DNA from: a virus
Direction: 5' to 3' (one strand)
Virus genome (UHGV): UHGV-0241471
DNA: 35,693 bases
Shown piece after piece: positions 1 to 7,395 of this stretch. Under the pieces are notes generated by a model, which saw nothing but the letters and a program-made list of their open reading frames with translations, had not been told where the DNA came from and ran no database searches. The position numbers and the translations under genes were made by a program. The stretch's first letter is position 1; every line of letters begins with the position of its first letter.

Positions 1-137
1 GCGTTAAATCTAATCAGGCTAGTTTGTTAGTGGCGTGTCTGTCCGCAGCTGGCAAGCGAATGTAAAGACTGACTAAGCATGTAGTGCCGAGGATGTAGGA
101 ATTTCGGACGCGGGTTCAACTCCCGCCAGCTCCACCA
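1..137 (+). ncRNA. ssrA: tmRNA (SsrA) 3' portion, ending in CCA at 135-137; gene continues upstream of the window
   Basis: Recognised from memory of enterobacterial ssrA 3' end (…GTCCGCAGCTGGCAAGCGAATGTAAAGACTGACTAAGCATGTAG…GGACGCGGGTTCAACTCCCGCCAGCTCCACCA); T-arm-like hairpin and CCA end visible. Confidence 0.9.
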
Positions 138-139
138 AA
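93..139. repeat. Prophage attL core: 47-bp direct repeat identical to 35124-35170 (phage-supplied 3' end restoring ssrA)
   Basis: Exact 47/47 match between 93-139 and 35124-35170 by direct comparison; flanks diverge immediately outside. Confidence 0.85.
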
Positions 140-147
140 TAAATCAA

Positions 148-180
148 GGGGCTACGTGAAAGCGTAGCCCCTTTTTCTTT
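148..180. terminator. Bidirectional intrinsic terminator hairpin (ssrA on + strand; RT transcript on - strand)
   Basis: Stem GGGGCTACG / CGTAGCCCC with 6-nt loop followed by TTTTTCTTT on + strand; T-rich on the complementary strand as well. Confidence 0.65.
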
Positions 181-185
181 GGTAG

Positions 186-204
186 TGGCGGCAAAATGGC
201 GGCA
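186..204. promoter_or_regulatory. Candidate Int arm-type sites (two TGGCGGCA repeats, 11-bp period) at attL
   Basis: AGTGGCGGCAAAATGGCGGCAGGCATT here closely matches AGTGGCGGCATTTTGGCGGCAGAGCATT at 35008-35035 beside attR. Confidence 0.4.
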
Positions 205-245
205 GGCATTCAGTCAAGCCCAGTTGCTACTACATGCGATCGCAA

Positions 246-1019
246 TTACAACTTAAAGAGTTTTGCTTGCCCTGGATTAACAGCTTCGACGTAGTTTTTG
301 ACCCCTATTCTGTGCGGCTCATAATTGCTTGAATAGAAATCAATCAGGAAGTCACTCATTTTCTGAGATGTGACTTTCATAACTCCCTTACTCAAAGTTA
401 AATTAAACACGCTAATCTTTGACGATGGTGCCTGAGTTTTACTCATGTTGGCTTGATAACCAGATTTACGCATTGCCACTAGTGCTTCGTCGTAAGCCGC
501 TTGTAATTGGGCCAAATCGTTTGACGAGATGATCACATCATCCATAAACACACTTAGCTTGAGATCATGATGTTTGTTCAATCGGCGTAGTAAGCTACCA
601 AAATAACTTTTATCTAAGCAGAGGGTTGCAAGTATTGGAGATTGAACAAAACCAAAAGGGAGGACATGCTTATGTGGACTATGGGACAAGTTTCTTACAG
701 TTGAAAATGTTGAGATTTCCCGCGCTTGAGAATAGGTGAAGTAGCTCTTTAGATCACGGGTGATACGACTACGGCTCGTTGACTGAAAAAATTGTTTAAT
801 ATCAACAACGGCAAAAAAATCACTTTTTAAGTGTAATCTGGCAGCTTTAAGATGCCCACCAGTTCTTAGATGGTAAAAATAGAGTGGCGGAATCCACTTG
901 TTTCTGACAGCCTGAAGTATCTTCCCTCCGACTTTACGTGCCTCAACGCTTGGGACATAAACCCAAACCCCGGGCTTAATCTCAAATTTATCTTCCCACC
1001 TTTGAACTTCTATTGTCAT
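246..1019 (-). CDS. Compact reverse transcriptase (257 aa), retron/defence-associated RT-like; palm motifs present, catalytic box FMDD
   Basis: Translation shows motif A VVDIKQFFQS (res 71-80), motif B' LPFGFVQSPILATL (120-133), motif C FMDD (158-161, nt 537-548); N-terminal VYVPSVEARKVGGKIL and H-x3-D-F spacing resemble retron-type RTs as recalled. In-frame TAA two codons upstream of the ATG; no obvious SD. Confidence 0.8.
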   Translation of the reverse strand: MTIEVQRWEDKFEIKPGVWVYVPSVEARKVGGKILQAVRNKWIPPLYFYHLRTGGHLKAARLHLKSDFFAVVDIKQFFQSTSRSRITRDLKSYFTYSQAREISTFSTVRNLSHSPHKHVLPFGFVQSPILATLCLDKSYFGSLLRRLNKHHDLKLSVFMDDVIISSNDLAQLQAAYDEALVAMRKSGYQANMSKTQAPSSKISVFNLTLSKGVMKVTSQKMSDFLIDFYSSNYEPHRIGVKNYVEAVNPGQAKLFKL

Positions 1020-1161
1020 GAGTTAAATTGTTGTAGTTGAAGGCCATGTTAAGAACGGCGTAAACCGCACCAACTAAGCCAACAAACGCGGTTGCGCATT
1101 TGAGCATAGCGGTGATCAGTTCAACACGCGCCTTAACTAAGCCAAGTTCGTTTGTATCCAT
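988..1161 (-). CDS. Small hydrophobic protein (57 aa from second ATG; one predicted TM helix), overlaps RT start in another frame
   Basis: ORF with GGAGG 8 nt upstream of ATG at 1161; hydrophobic stretch LITAMLKCATAFVGLVGAVYAVLNMAF; 3' end overlaps RT ATG by 32 nt. Confidence 0.4.
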   Translation of the reverse strand: MDTNELGLVKARVELITAMLKCATAFVGLVGAVYAVLNMAFNYNNLTHDNRSSKVGR

Positions 1162-1179
1162 AACTTGTTCCTCCATAGA

Positions 1180-1362
1180 TACCTGACGTCTCTTAGCGCA
1201 AGCGCATGGCCCTAACTAAATAAAAAATAACAACCAGTTAGCCCAGAAAGCTTAACAAGTCGGCGTCCGATTACATGGCAATCAGGTAATCGGTCCGCAG
1301 TCGCAAAGCGACAAACTACATATCTACGGAGTGGGGATAAATCCCCGCTAACGTCAGGCATT
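1180..1362 (-). ncRNA. Candidate structured ncRNA upstream of the RT module (retron msr/msd-like), bounded by imperfect inverted repeats
   Basis: Inverted repeats CCTGACGT…TAGCG (1182-1198) and CGCTA ACGTCAGG (1346-1358); internal hairpins CCGATTAC/GTAATCGG (8 bp), GTCGC/GCGAC, GGGGA/TCCCC; G-run immediately 3' of the 5' repeat on the - strand. Confidence 0.3.
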
Positions 1363-1422
1363 GTTAATTTAACCTCAACTTATAGAAAAGTATAGTTTTA
1401 AATCATGTAGTTATGTCGCCAT

Positions 1423-1641
1423 TTAAATCGGCAAACCCACCTGTTTAAATTTATGAGGATGCGGCTGAACCGGATTTGACTCTTTTGGCGTTGCAATCGA
1501 ACGAACAAAAGTTTCATGGGTAACAAAAGTATGGCTGCAGTTAATGTTCTGGCACTGGTTGTAACGCTCTTTGGTCAATGAAGATACCTGAAAACTGCTG
1601 CGAGTATGGGCGGCACTTCCACACAGTGGGCAAATCATCAT
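1423..1641 (-). CDS. ogr: Ogr/Delta-type zinc-finger late transcription activator (72 aa from internal MM start)
   Basis: MMICPLCGSAAHTRSS…KERYNQCQNINCSHTF matches the Ogr C4 zinc-finger pattern; GGGGAGA SD before ATG at 1641; the longer upstream ORF extension is unlikely. Confidence 0.85.
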   Translation of the reverse strand: MMICPLCGSAAHTRSSFQVSSLTKERYNQCQNINCSHTFVTHETFVRSIATPKESNPVQPHPHKFKQVGLPI

Positions 1642-1730
1642 TTTCGAGTTCTCCCCATTTTTGCTAAATTCACAATAATGATACCGAATTATTCCATTTT
1701 GAAAACTTAAAAGTTCTCCATTGCGAAGAA

Positions 1731-2831
1731 TCATTCCATTTCGAAATCATCAATCTTCACTTCAAGCTCCAGACTGGTCGTAAAACCGTTATCCGGGCTG
1801 ACAGTATGCGTCAGGGTGGTAATAGTCCATTCCGCATCATCTATCTGCTGTTTAAAGCCACTGACTTTCACTGGCATTTCCGTGTAGAGATCTGCCCGCC
1901 CTTCCGCCAGTTGTAGCGAGAATGACGCAACGCCGCGTTGCAGGCGTTCCCACTGCATTTTCGCCGCTCGTTCGGCGTTGCTCCGGTTGGCATAAGTGCG
2001 ATTAAGTACCAGCACGTTTTCATCCGTACCCACCAGGTAATCGCCCTGCTTCGCTTCCGGCTCTTTCTTCTGCTTCTTAGTTCTGCGCTTACGCTTCACC
2101 GTGGTGCTTTCTTTCTTCGCAGGTTCACGGGTATGCAACCAGCTGGCAATTACGCCCGTGTAGGCTCCGCGATCTGCCAGGGTAAAGCGGTGACTGTCGC
2201 CGTCCTTGCGTGTGATAGTGATCACTGGCAGTGGTTTACCAGTGGCGCTTTTGCCCTGCCCCTGCCGGATGAATAACAGATTGCCATTTTTCACCGACGC
2301 GATGGCACCGTACTGTCGCGCCAGTCGCATCAGAAAACTGCCGTCACTCTCATTAGTCTGGTCTATATGCTCCACGGGCTTATCCGACAGCTCTTTACCC
2401 AGTGCCATCTTCAGCTTGTGCCGCGCGGCTATTTCCTTCACCACTTCCCCGATGGTGGTGTTATGCCACGATTTTTCACGGCGGGTATTCAGGGTTTCCC
2501 GAAAATCAGCACTTCGCGCCCGGATAGTCAGGCGGTCCGGTGCGCCAGTGTGTTCAATCTCGTCCACCGTGAATGCCCCTTTCGGGAAAAGCGGCTGCCC
2601 CTTCCAGCCCAGCGCCAGCGTAATGACCGCACCACGGCGCGGCAGCACGATTTTTCCATCGGCGTCGTCCAGCTCCAGATCAAGCTGGTCCGCTTCAAAT
2701 CCCCGGTTATCCGTCAGCGTCAGCCCCATCAGGCGGTTGTCCAGCACAGTGGTGATATCCCTGCCTTCAATACTGATGCTGAATGCCGGAGTTTTGTTGC
2801 CTTTGTTAAGCAGTTCAGAGCTGAAATTCAC
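1731..2831 (-). CDS. Tail protein, P2 gpD-like
   Basis: 366-aa ORF in conserved P2 position between U and ogr; N-terminus typical of gpD family as recalled. Confidence 0.8.
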   Translation of the reverse strand: MNFSSELLNKGNKTPAFSISIEGRDITTVLDNRLMGLTLTDNRGFEADQLDLELDDADGKIVLPRRGAVITLALGWKGQPLFPKGAFTVDEIEHTGAPDRLTIRARSADFRETLNTRREKSWHNTTIGEVVKEIAARHKLKMALGKELSDKPVEHIDQTNESDGSFLMRLARQYGAIASVKNGNLLFIRQGQGKSATGKPLPVITITRKDGDSHRFTLADRGAYTGVIASWLHTREPAKKESTTVKRKRRTKKQKKEPEAKQGDYLVGTDENVLVLNRTYANRSNAERAAKMQWERLQRGVASFSLQLAEGRADLYTEMPVKVSGFKQQIDDAEWTITTLTHTVSPDNGFTTSLELEVKIDDFEME

Positions 2832-3313
2832 GACAGCAGCCCTCCCACCGTTTTACTGATATCGCTTAAGGCAGATGTTGCCGTTCCCTGCAGATTATTC
2901 AGTTGCGCACTGAGATCACCGAACATATCGGACAGGGATTCATCCACGCGTTTTAGCGACAGGGTGAACTCAATCCTGCGCGGCATACCGTCGCGGAAAA
3001 ACTCCGTTTTAGTCTGATTCAGTCCCTCAATCACATACATGCCGTAAATCGTGCCGCTGCCTTCAATCAGGGGCCATGCTTTCCCCTGTTCTGCCATCTG
3101 CTCCAGTGCCAGCAACGACAGCCTGCCGCCTGTTATTTCCGGCATAAGAACGCCAGAAAGCGTCAGCATGTCGTTATCCGGTCCCAGAAACTGCGTTGAC
3201 GGGCGTCGGTTAACCCGGCTGTTAGCCGCATGTCGCCAGCTGCGCTGATACTGCAGCTCCTGATACGGCACGGTGCGCAGCATAAACACGTATAATCCCA
3301 GCACCATCATCAT
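2828..3313 (-). CDS. Tail protein, P2 gpU-like
   Basis: 161-aa ORF, overlapping stop/start with neighbours, P2 order T-U-D. Confidence 0.8.
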   Translation of the reverse strand: MMMVLGLYVFMLRTVPYQELQYQRSWRHAANSRVNRRPSTQFLGPDNDMLTLSGVLMPEITGGRLSLLALEQMAEQGKAWPLIEGSGTIYGMYVIEGLNQTKTEFFRDGMPRRIEFTLSLKRVDESLSDMFGDLSAQLNNLQGTATSALSDISKTVGGLLS

Positions 3314-6300
3314 GCGTCGTATCCCCCCTGATCGCTGTAGTTACTCCTGGCTTTTGCCTTCAGCCTGCGTTCACGTTCATCAAGCTGGCGGGCCACCTCC
3401 CGCGCAATATCCTGCGCACTTTGTCCTGGCTGCGTCTGAATGATGATCTGCGTCGGTGCCTCAATCCGTTGAACGGGCGGCACAGTGGCTGCACGACTCA
3501 ACATCGCTTCGCCGCCTTTCGCGGGAAGTGCCAACGGATGCAACGGTGGAAGCTCTGCAGGCGCGGCAGCAACACCCATCATTCCGGCAACAACGGCAGC
3601 CAGTGCAGCTGTATTTCTCCGGCTGGTCACATTTGCCGGGCCGTTAACAATTTCCGGCCCGTTTTCACCGACGATGCCAAACTGCCCGCGCGGGATATAG
3701 CCGCCGCTGTCATACATCCCCGCAAAGCCATATCCCCATGACGGAAAACCACCCGATGGCATCATCACTTTACCGTCTGCATTCACCGTCGCAGGTTGCT
3801 GACGCGTCACTCTTTCCGGCAGTTTCGCCTTTGCAGCCTCTTTACTGACAATGCCGAGTTTCTCCAGCAACCAGGAAACGCCAGATTTCAGGGAGTCCAG
3901 CGGATGCATGACCATATTCAGCCCTTCCGCCAGTGCCTCCCCGAATCTCCGCCCCATTGCCGCTGCACTCTGCAGTTCGGCAGAGGTCGACTTAACGGGC
4001 GTCAGCAGATCAGTAAACCAGCCCCACAGCGCCTGCACTTTGTCGCCAATCCACTGGAACACAGGCTTAAGCGGTTCGAACGCTGCACTGATGGGACCTG
4101 CCGCCGCTTTGAATCCTTCCACCACGCCACCGAGAAATGCGGTGATGGGTTGCCAGTATTTCCAGACAACCAGTGCCACACCCGCCAGTGCAGCAACCAC
4201 AAGACCTATCGGACTGAGCAGAGCACCTAACAGACCAGATACGGCATACAGGGCAACGCGCAACATCGCCAGTGGACCAGATGCCAGTACTCGCAGCACC
4301 GTGCCTGTGGCAGCCAGCCCGCCGCGTAGTGCTGCCAGTGGATTCATAAACATCACAGCAACCGCACGTAAACCGGATAATCCAGACCGCAACAGTGCAA
4401 CCGGCGCATCTGCTACAGTTTTCAGGACATTTCCCGTCAGTGATGCCGTGCGGTGCAAAGACGACAACGGCGCAGTAAGTAAACCCGCTGCGTTGCCCGA
4501 TGAAGCAAGCCCGCGTCGCAGCAGTGCCAGTGGAGCGCCAGCCAGCCAGGACAACGCGCTGCTGGTTCGAGTTACTGCTGCCGTAACGGAAGGTAACGTT
4601 TTGATACCCAGCACAGAGAATCCCAGACGGATCACTGCCAGCGGCCCCAGCACTGCAGCCAGCGCCACCGCTAAGGTGCCGAGGCCTACGGTAACCGCAG
4701 CCACAACAGCCGCTACTTTCATCAGTGTGCCTGTCAGTTCCGGGTTAGCTTCCACCCAGCGGCGCAACGCCCCCGTAATGCTTTTCACCGTGTACAGAAT
4801 ATCCATCAGCGGCTGGCGCAGCGTTTCGCCCAGGCTGCTGAAGGTGTTCTGCGCTCCGGTTTTAACCAGCAACCACTGAGCAGAAAGTGAGTCCTTGTTG
4901 ATGTCGGATTCTTTCTGCATGGAACCGAGCGCATCATTGCCCGCTGTCAGTTTTAGCTGGCGCTGCAGTTCCGGCAGGTTGTTTGCCAGTTTCGCCGCGT
5001 CATCACCAAACTCTTTACCAAACAACATGGTCATGGCAGACAGACGCTTGTCCTGCGGCAGTGCGTTCACCTTCTCCAGCACACGCTGGATAGTTCCCAT
5101 CGCATCCTTCGTCATCTGCTTTTCAATCACTTCAGGATTGAGTTTCAGCAGATTCATCCCTTCAAAGAAACTCTTGCTTTGCATGGTGGCAATGGACAAT
5201 TCACGCACCATCGCGTTTGCTGCACTGGCTGCAACCTCCGGCGCAGCGCCCAGTGTCAGAAAGGTGGAACCCAGTGCCGCCGCTTTACGATAATCCAGAC
5301 GGTCAGCCACACCGCCCAGACGTTGCATGACATCAATGATGTCCGCCCCTTTTGACATGGCGTTATCATCCAGATAGTTCAGCGCATCGCCGAGCTGTTC
5401 AATATTACGGGTAGGTATTTTGTAGAGCTGGGCGATTTTCCCCAGACTTTCTGACAGTTCATCCGCTGGCAGCTCAAAGGCTATTGCCGCCTTTGCCGCC
5501 GTACTGGCGAAGGCCAGCAGGTCACGTTTCTGGTCTTCCCAGCTGTCGTCAGGGTTTGCGACGTTCATACGCGCACCACCTTCAACCAGTGCAGCGAAGT
5601 CCACCGCACCGTTTTCCATCGGCAACTGTTCGCTGGCAGCCTTGATGGCATCCTGCATTTCATAAAAACGTGCAGTGCGGTTGCCATTATCGTCACGCAG
5701 ACCATTGACCTGCTTTGCCACACCTTTCATGGCATCTTCCATGCTGGTATAGCTTTTTACTGCCGCCATCACTGGTGTCCCCATTGCCAGCCCTGCAGCC
5801 GTGGTGGTGGCTCCGGCTCCTGCAATACGATCACGCACCTCCAGCGAACGGGCATAACTGGCACGCGCCGCATTCATCCTGCGCTGAGCTTCCCCCAGTC
5901 GCTTCAGCCGCGCCTCCTGTTTTGACAATTCCTGGTTATAACGTGATGTTTCACGGGCTAAACGGGCAGTTGCTCCCGCATCATCTTTCGCAGAAATTCC
6001 CGCCCGATACAGTTCTGCACGCACAAGCGCCGTTTGCTTCTGCAAATATTTTTGTTGTTCTTCCAGGCGTTGGACTGCCAGCGTTTGCCGACCTAAAGCC
6101 ACAAGGTGCCGTTGTGATGGTTGTTCCATCGCTTCCAGCTCAGAACTAAGCAAATTTGCCTTCTGTCTGGCATAGTTCAGCCTGTCGCCTAACCTTTTGT
6201 TATCGGCCTGCAGCTTGCGAAATTTTTCCAGGCTGTTACCCGCCTGATTGAGTTGCTTTAATGCGTCACGGGAGTTTCTGATTGCGCCAGCCAGCTCTTT

Positions 6301-6387
6301 CGAACTGGCCTGTGCAGCACGGAATGGGCGGGTGAGTTTGTCAACCGCATTAAGAATGACCTGCAGGCGCAGGTTATTATCACTCAT
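3310..6387 (-). CDS. Tail tape measure protein, P2 gpT-like
   Basis: 1025-aa ORF rich in coiled-coil and Ala/Gly-rich hydrophobic segments, downstream of E/E'. Confidence 0.85.
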   Translation of the reverse strand: MSDNNLRLQVILNAVDKLTRPFRAAQASSKELAGAIRNSRDALKQLNQAGNSLEKFRKLQADNKRLGDRLNYARQKANLLSSELEAMEQPSQRHLVALGRQTLAVQRLEEQQKYLQKQTALVRAELYRAGISAKDDAGATARLARETSRYNQELSKQEARLKRLGEAQRRMNAARASYARSLEVRDRIAGAGATTTAAGLAMGTPVMAAVKSYTSMEDAMKGVAKQVNGLRDDNGNRTARFYEMQDAIKAASEQLPMENGAVDFAALVEGGARMNVANPDDSWEDQKRDLLAFASTAAKAAIAFELPADELSESLGKIAQLYKIPTRNIEQLGDALNYLDDNAMSKGADIIDVMQRLGGVADRLDYRKAAALGSTFLTLGAAPEVAASAANAMVRELSIATMQSKSFFEGMNLLKLNPEVIEKQMTKDAMGTIQRVLEKVNALPQDKRLSAMTMLFGKEFGDDAAKLANNLPELQRQLKLTAGNDALGSMQKESDINKDSLSAQWLLVKTGAQNTFSSLGETLRQPLMDILYTVKSITGALRRWVEANPELTGTLMKVAAVVAAVTVGLGTLAVALAAVLGPLAVIRLGFSVLGIKTLPSVTAAVTRTSSALSWLAGAPLALLRRGLASSGNAAGLLTAPLSSLHRTASLTGNVLKTVADAPVALLRSGLSGLRAVAVMFMNPLAALRGGLAATGTVLRVLASGPLAMLRVALYAVSGLLGALLSPIGLVVAALAGVALVVWKYWQPITAFLGGVVEGFKAAAGPISAAFEPLKPVFQWIGDKVQALWGWFTDLLTPVKSTSAELQSAAAMGRRFGEALAEGLNMVMHPLDSLKSGVSWLLEKLGIVSKEAAKAKLPERVTRQQPATVNADGKVMMPSGGFPSWGYGFAGMYDSGGYIPRGQFGIVGENGPEIVNGPANVTSRRNTAALAAVVAGMMGVAAAPAELPPLHPLALPAKGGEAMLSRAATVPPVQRIEAPTQIIIQTQPGQSAQDIAREVARQLDERERRLKAKARSNYSDQGGYDA

Positions 6388-6816
6388 CGTTGGCCCCGCT
6401 TCTCTGAATCGCTTTATACCGCCATTCCAGCACTTCTGTCAGCGGCATAACGTCAGTAACGGATGGCGGCCAGTGAAAAATGGTGGCGATATCTGCCACC
6501 AGATCGTCAACCGTCAGGCTGTCGGTAAACCGGCAAGCACCGACTTCTTCAACAAAAAAGTGACAACCTCAACCGACATGGCAGTGAGATCTGCCGGGTC
6601 CATCTCTGCAATTTCCTGTGCGGTCAGTGCCGGGCTGGAGATGCGGGGGATCACGGTCATCATCGCGTTCACATCCATATCCATAATGGCCTGCAGGCGT
6701 GTACCGCGCAGCGCACCGGACTGCGGTTTACGCAGCACAATTTCGGTGATTTCAGTTTTACCACGCTTGATGGGGGTATCCAGTTGAATGGTCTTTTCAG
6801 TCTGCTTATCGCTCAT
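6380..6816 (-). CDS. E+E' frameshift-extended tail assembly chaperone (-1 programmed frameshift at 6553-6559)
   Basis: Hand translation: after slip on T_TTT_TTG the -1 frame stays open for about 57 codons (VEEVGACRFTDSLTVDDLVADIATIFHWPPSVTDVMPLTEVLEWRYKAIQRSGANDE) to TGA at 6380-6382, overlapping the T start at 6387. Confidence 0.65.
6514..6816 (-). CDS. Tail assembly chaperone, P2 gpE-like (0-frame product)
   Basis: 100-aa ORF ending …VTFLLKKSVLAGLPTA; slippery heptamer near its 3' end. Confidence 0.85.
   Translation of the reverse strand: MSDKQTEKTIQLDTPIKRGKTEITEIVLRKPQSGALRGTRLQAIMDMDVNAMMTVIPRISSPALTAQEIAEMDPADLTAMSVEVVTFLLKKSVLAGLPTA
6553..6559 (-). other. Slippery heptamer TTTTTTG for the E/E' -1 frameshift
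   Basis: Reverse complement of CAAAAAA at 6553-6559, inside the gpE-like ORF at the position expected from P2. Confidence 0.6.
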
Positions 6817-6870
6817 TTTGCTGTCCTGTAAATTGGGTCCTGGCGCGGCATTCCGCGCCGTTCAGATACA

Positions 6871-7386
6871 TCAGAGGCCGAGGGCGTTGCGGTGCGCTTC
6901 CATCAGGTCCACACCGTCCACAATCTCCACCATGTTGATAAGGTCCACTTCATAGAGCACCTCACCATTGATGGTCAGCTTCGCGTAGCTGTTGGTACTG
7001 GTCACTTTGGTGGTGTTGCTTTCGCCCGTCTTCCACTCGCCGGAATCCACTTCTTTGTGACGCCCACGCACGACAAGCTCCACGGCCTGCACTTCCCCGG
7101 TATCGTCACGCTGGATAGAGCCGGTAAAGCGCAGTTGGATGCCATCCACCGTGGATTTGCCCATCTGCTTAAACAGCAGCAGTTCAGTACCACCAATGGA
7201 AAATTCTGTGTCCAGAGCACTGTCATCAAGCCCCAGATCCACATCCACCGCCCCCGGCATTCCGCCGCCGCGATACTTCTCATATTTGCGGGTGAATTTC
7301 GGCAGCGTCAGCGACTCAACGATCCCCTGCCAGTTGTTCCCGTCGTTAAACAGGTTCAGGTGTTTTAATTTGCGTGGTAAAGCCAT
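6871..7386 (-). CDS. Tail tube protein, P2 gpFII-like
   Basis: 171-aa ORF directly downstream of sheath gene. Confidence 0.85.
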   Translation of the reverse strand: MALPRKLKHLNLFNDGNNWQGIVESLTLPKFTRKYEKYRGGGMPGAVDVDLGLDDSALDTEFSIGGTELLLFKQMGKSTVDGIQLRFTGSIQRDDTGEVQAVELVVRGRHKEVDSGEWKTGESNTTKVTSTNSYAKLTINGEVLYEVDLINMVEIVDGVDLMEAHRNALGL

Positions 7387-7395
7387 GTTATCCCC

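Noticed and set aside
246-1019. RT as a group II intron maturase or an Abi-type (AbiK/Abi-P2) protein-primed RT
   Set aside because: Only 257 aa with no maturase X, endonuclease or long C-terminal helical domain; no intron RNA domain structure flanking it. Abi-type RTs are, as recalled, much longer. Retron/DRT-like is the better fit but remains unconfirmed.
203-1362. 8-bp direct repeat CAGGCATT (203-210 and 1355-1362) as target-site duplication flanking the RT module
   Set aside because: An exact 8-mer recurrence is expected by chance in 35 kb; no longer flanking identity; the left copy is part of the arm-type repeat block.
3851-4879. Long + strand ORFs (e.g. 3851-4879, 2206-2859, 2367-3017, 5715-6149) opposite the tail genes
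   Set aside because: They lie antisense to well-supported P2-like tail genes in GC-rich DNA, have Ala/Pro/Ser/Arg-rich low-complexity translations and no ribosome-binding sites; typical shadow ORFs.
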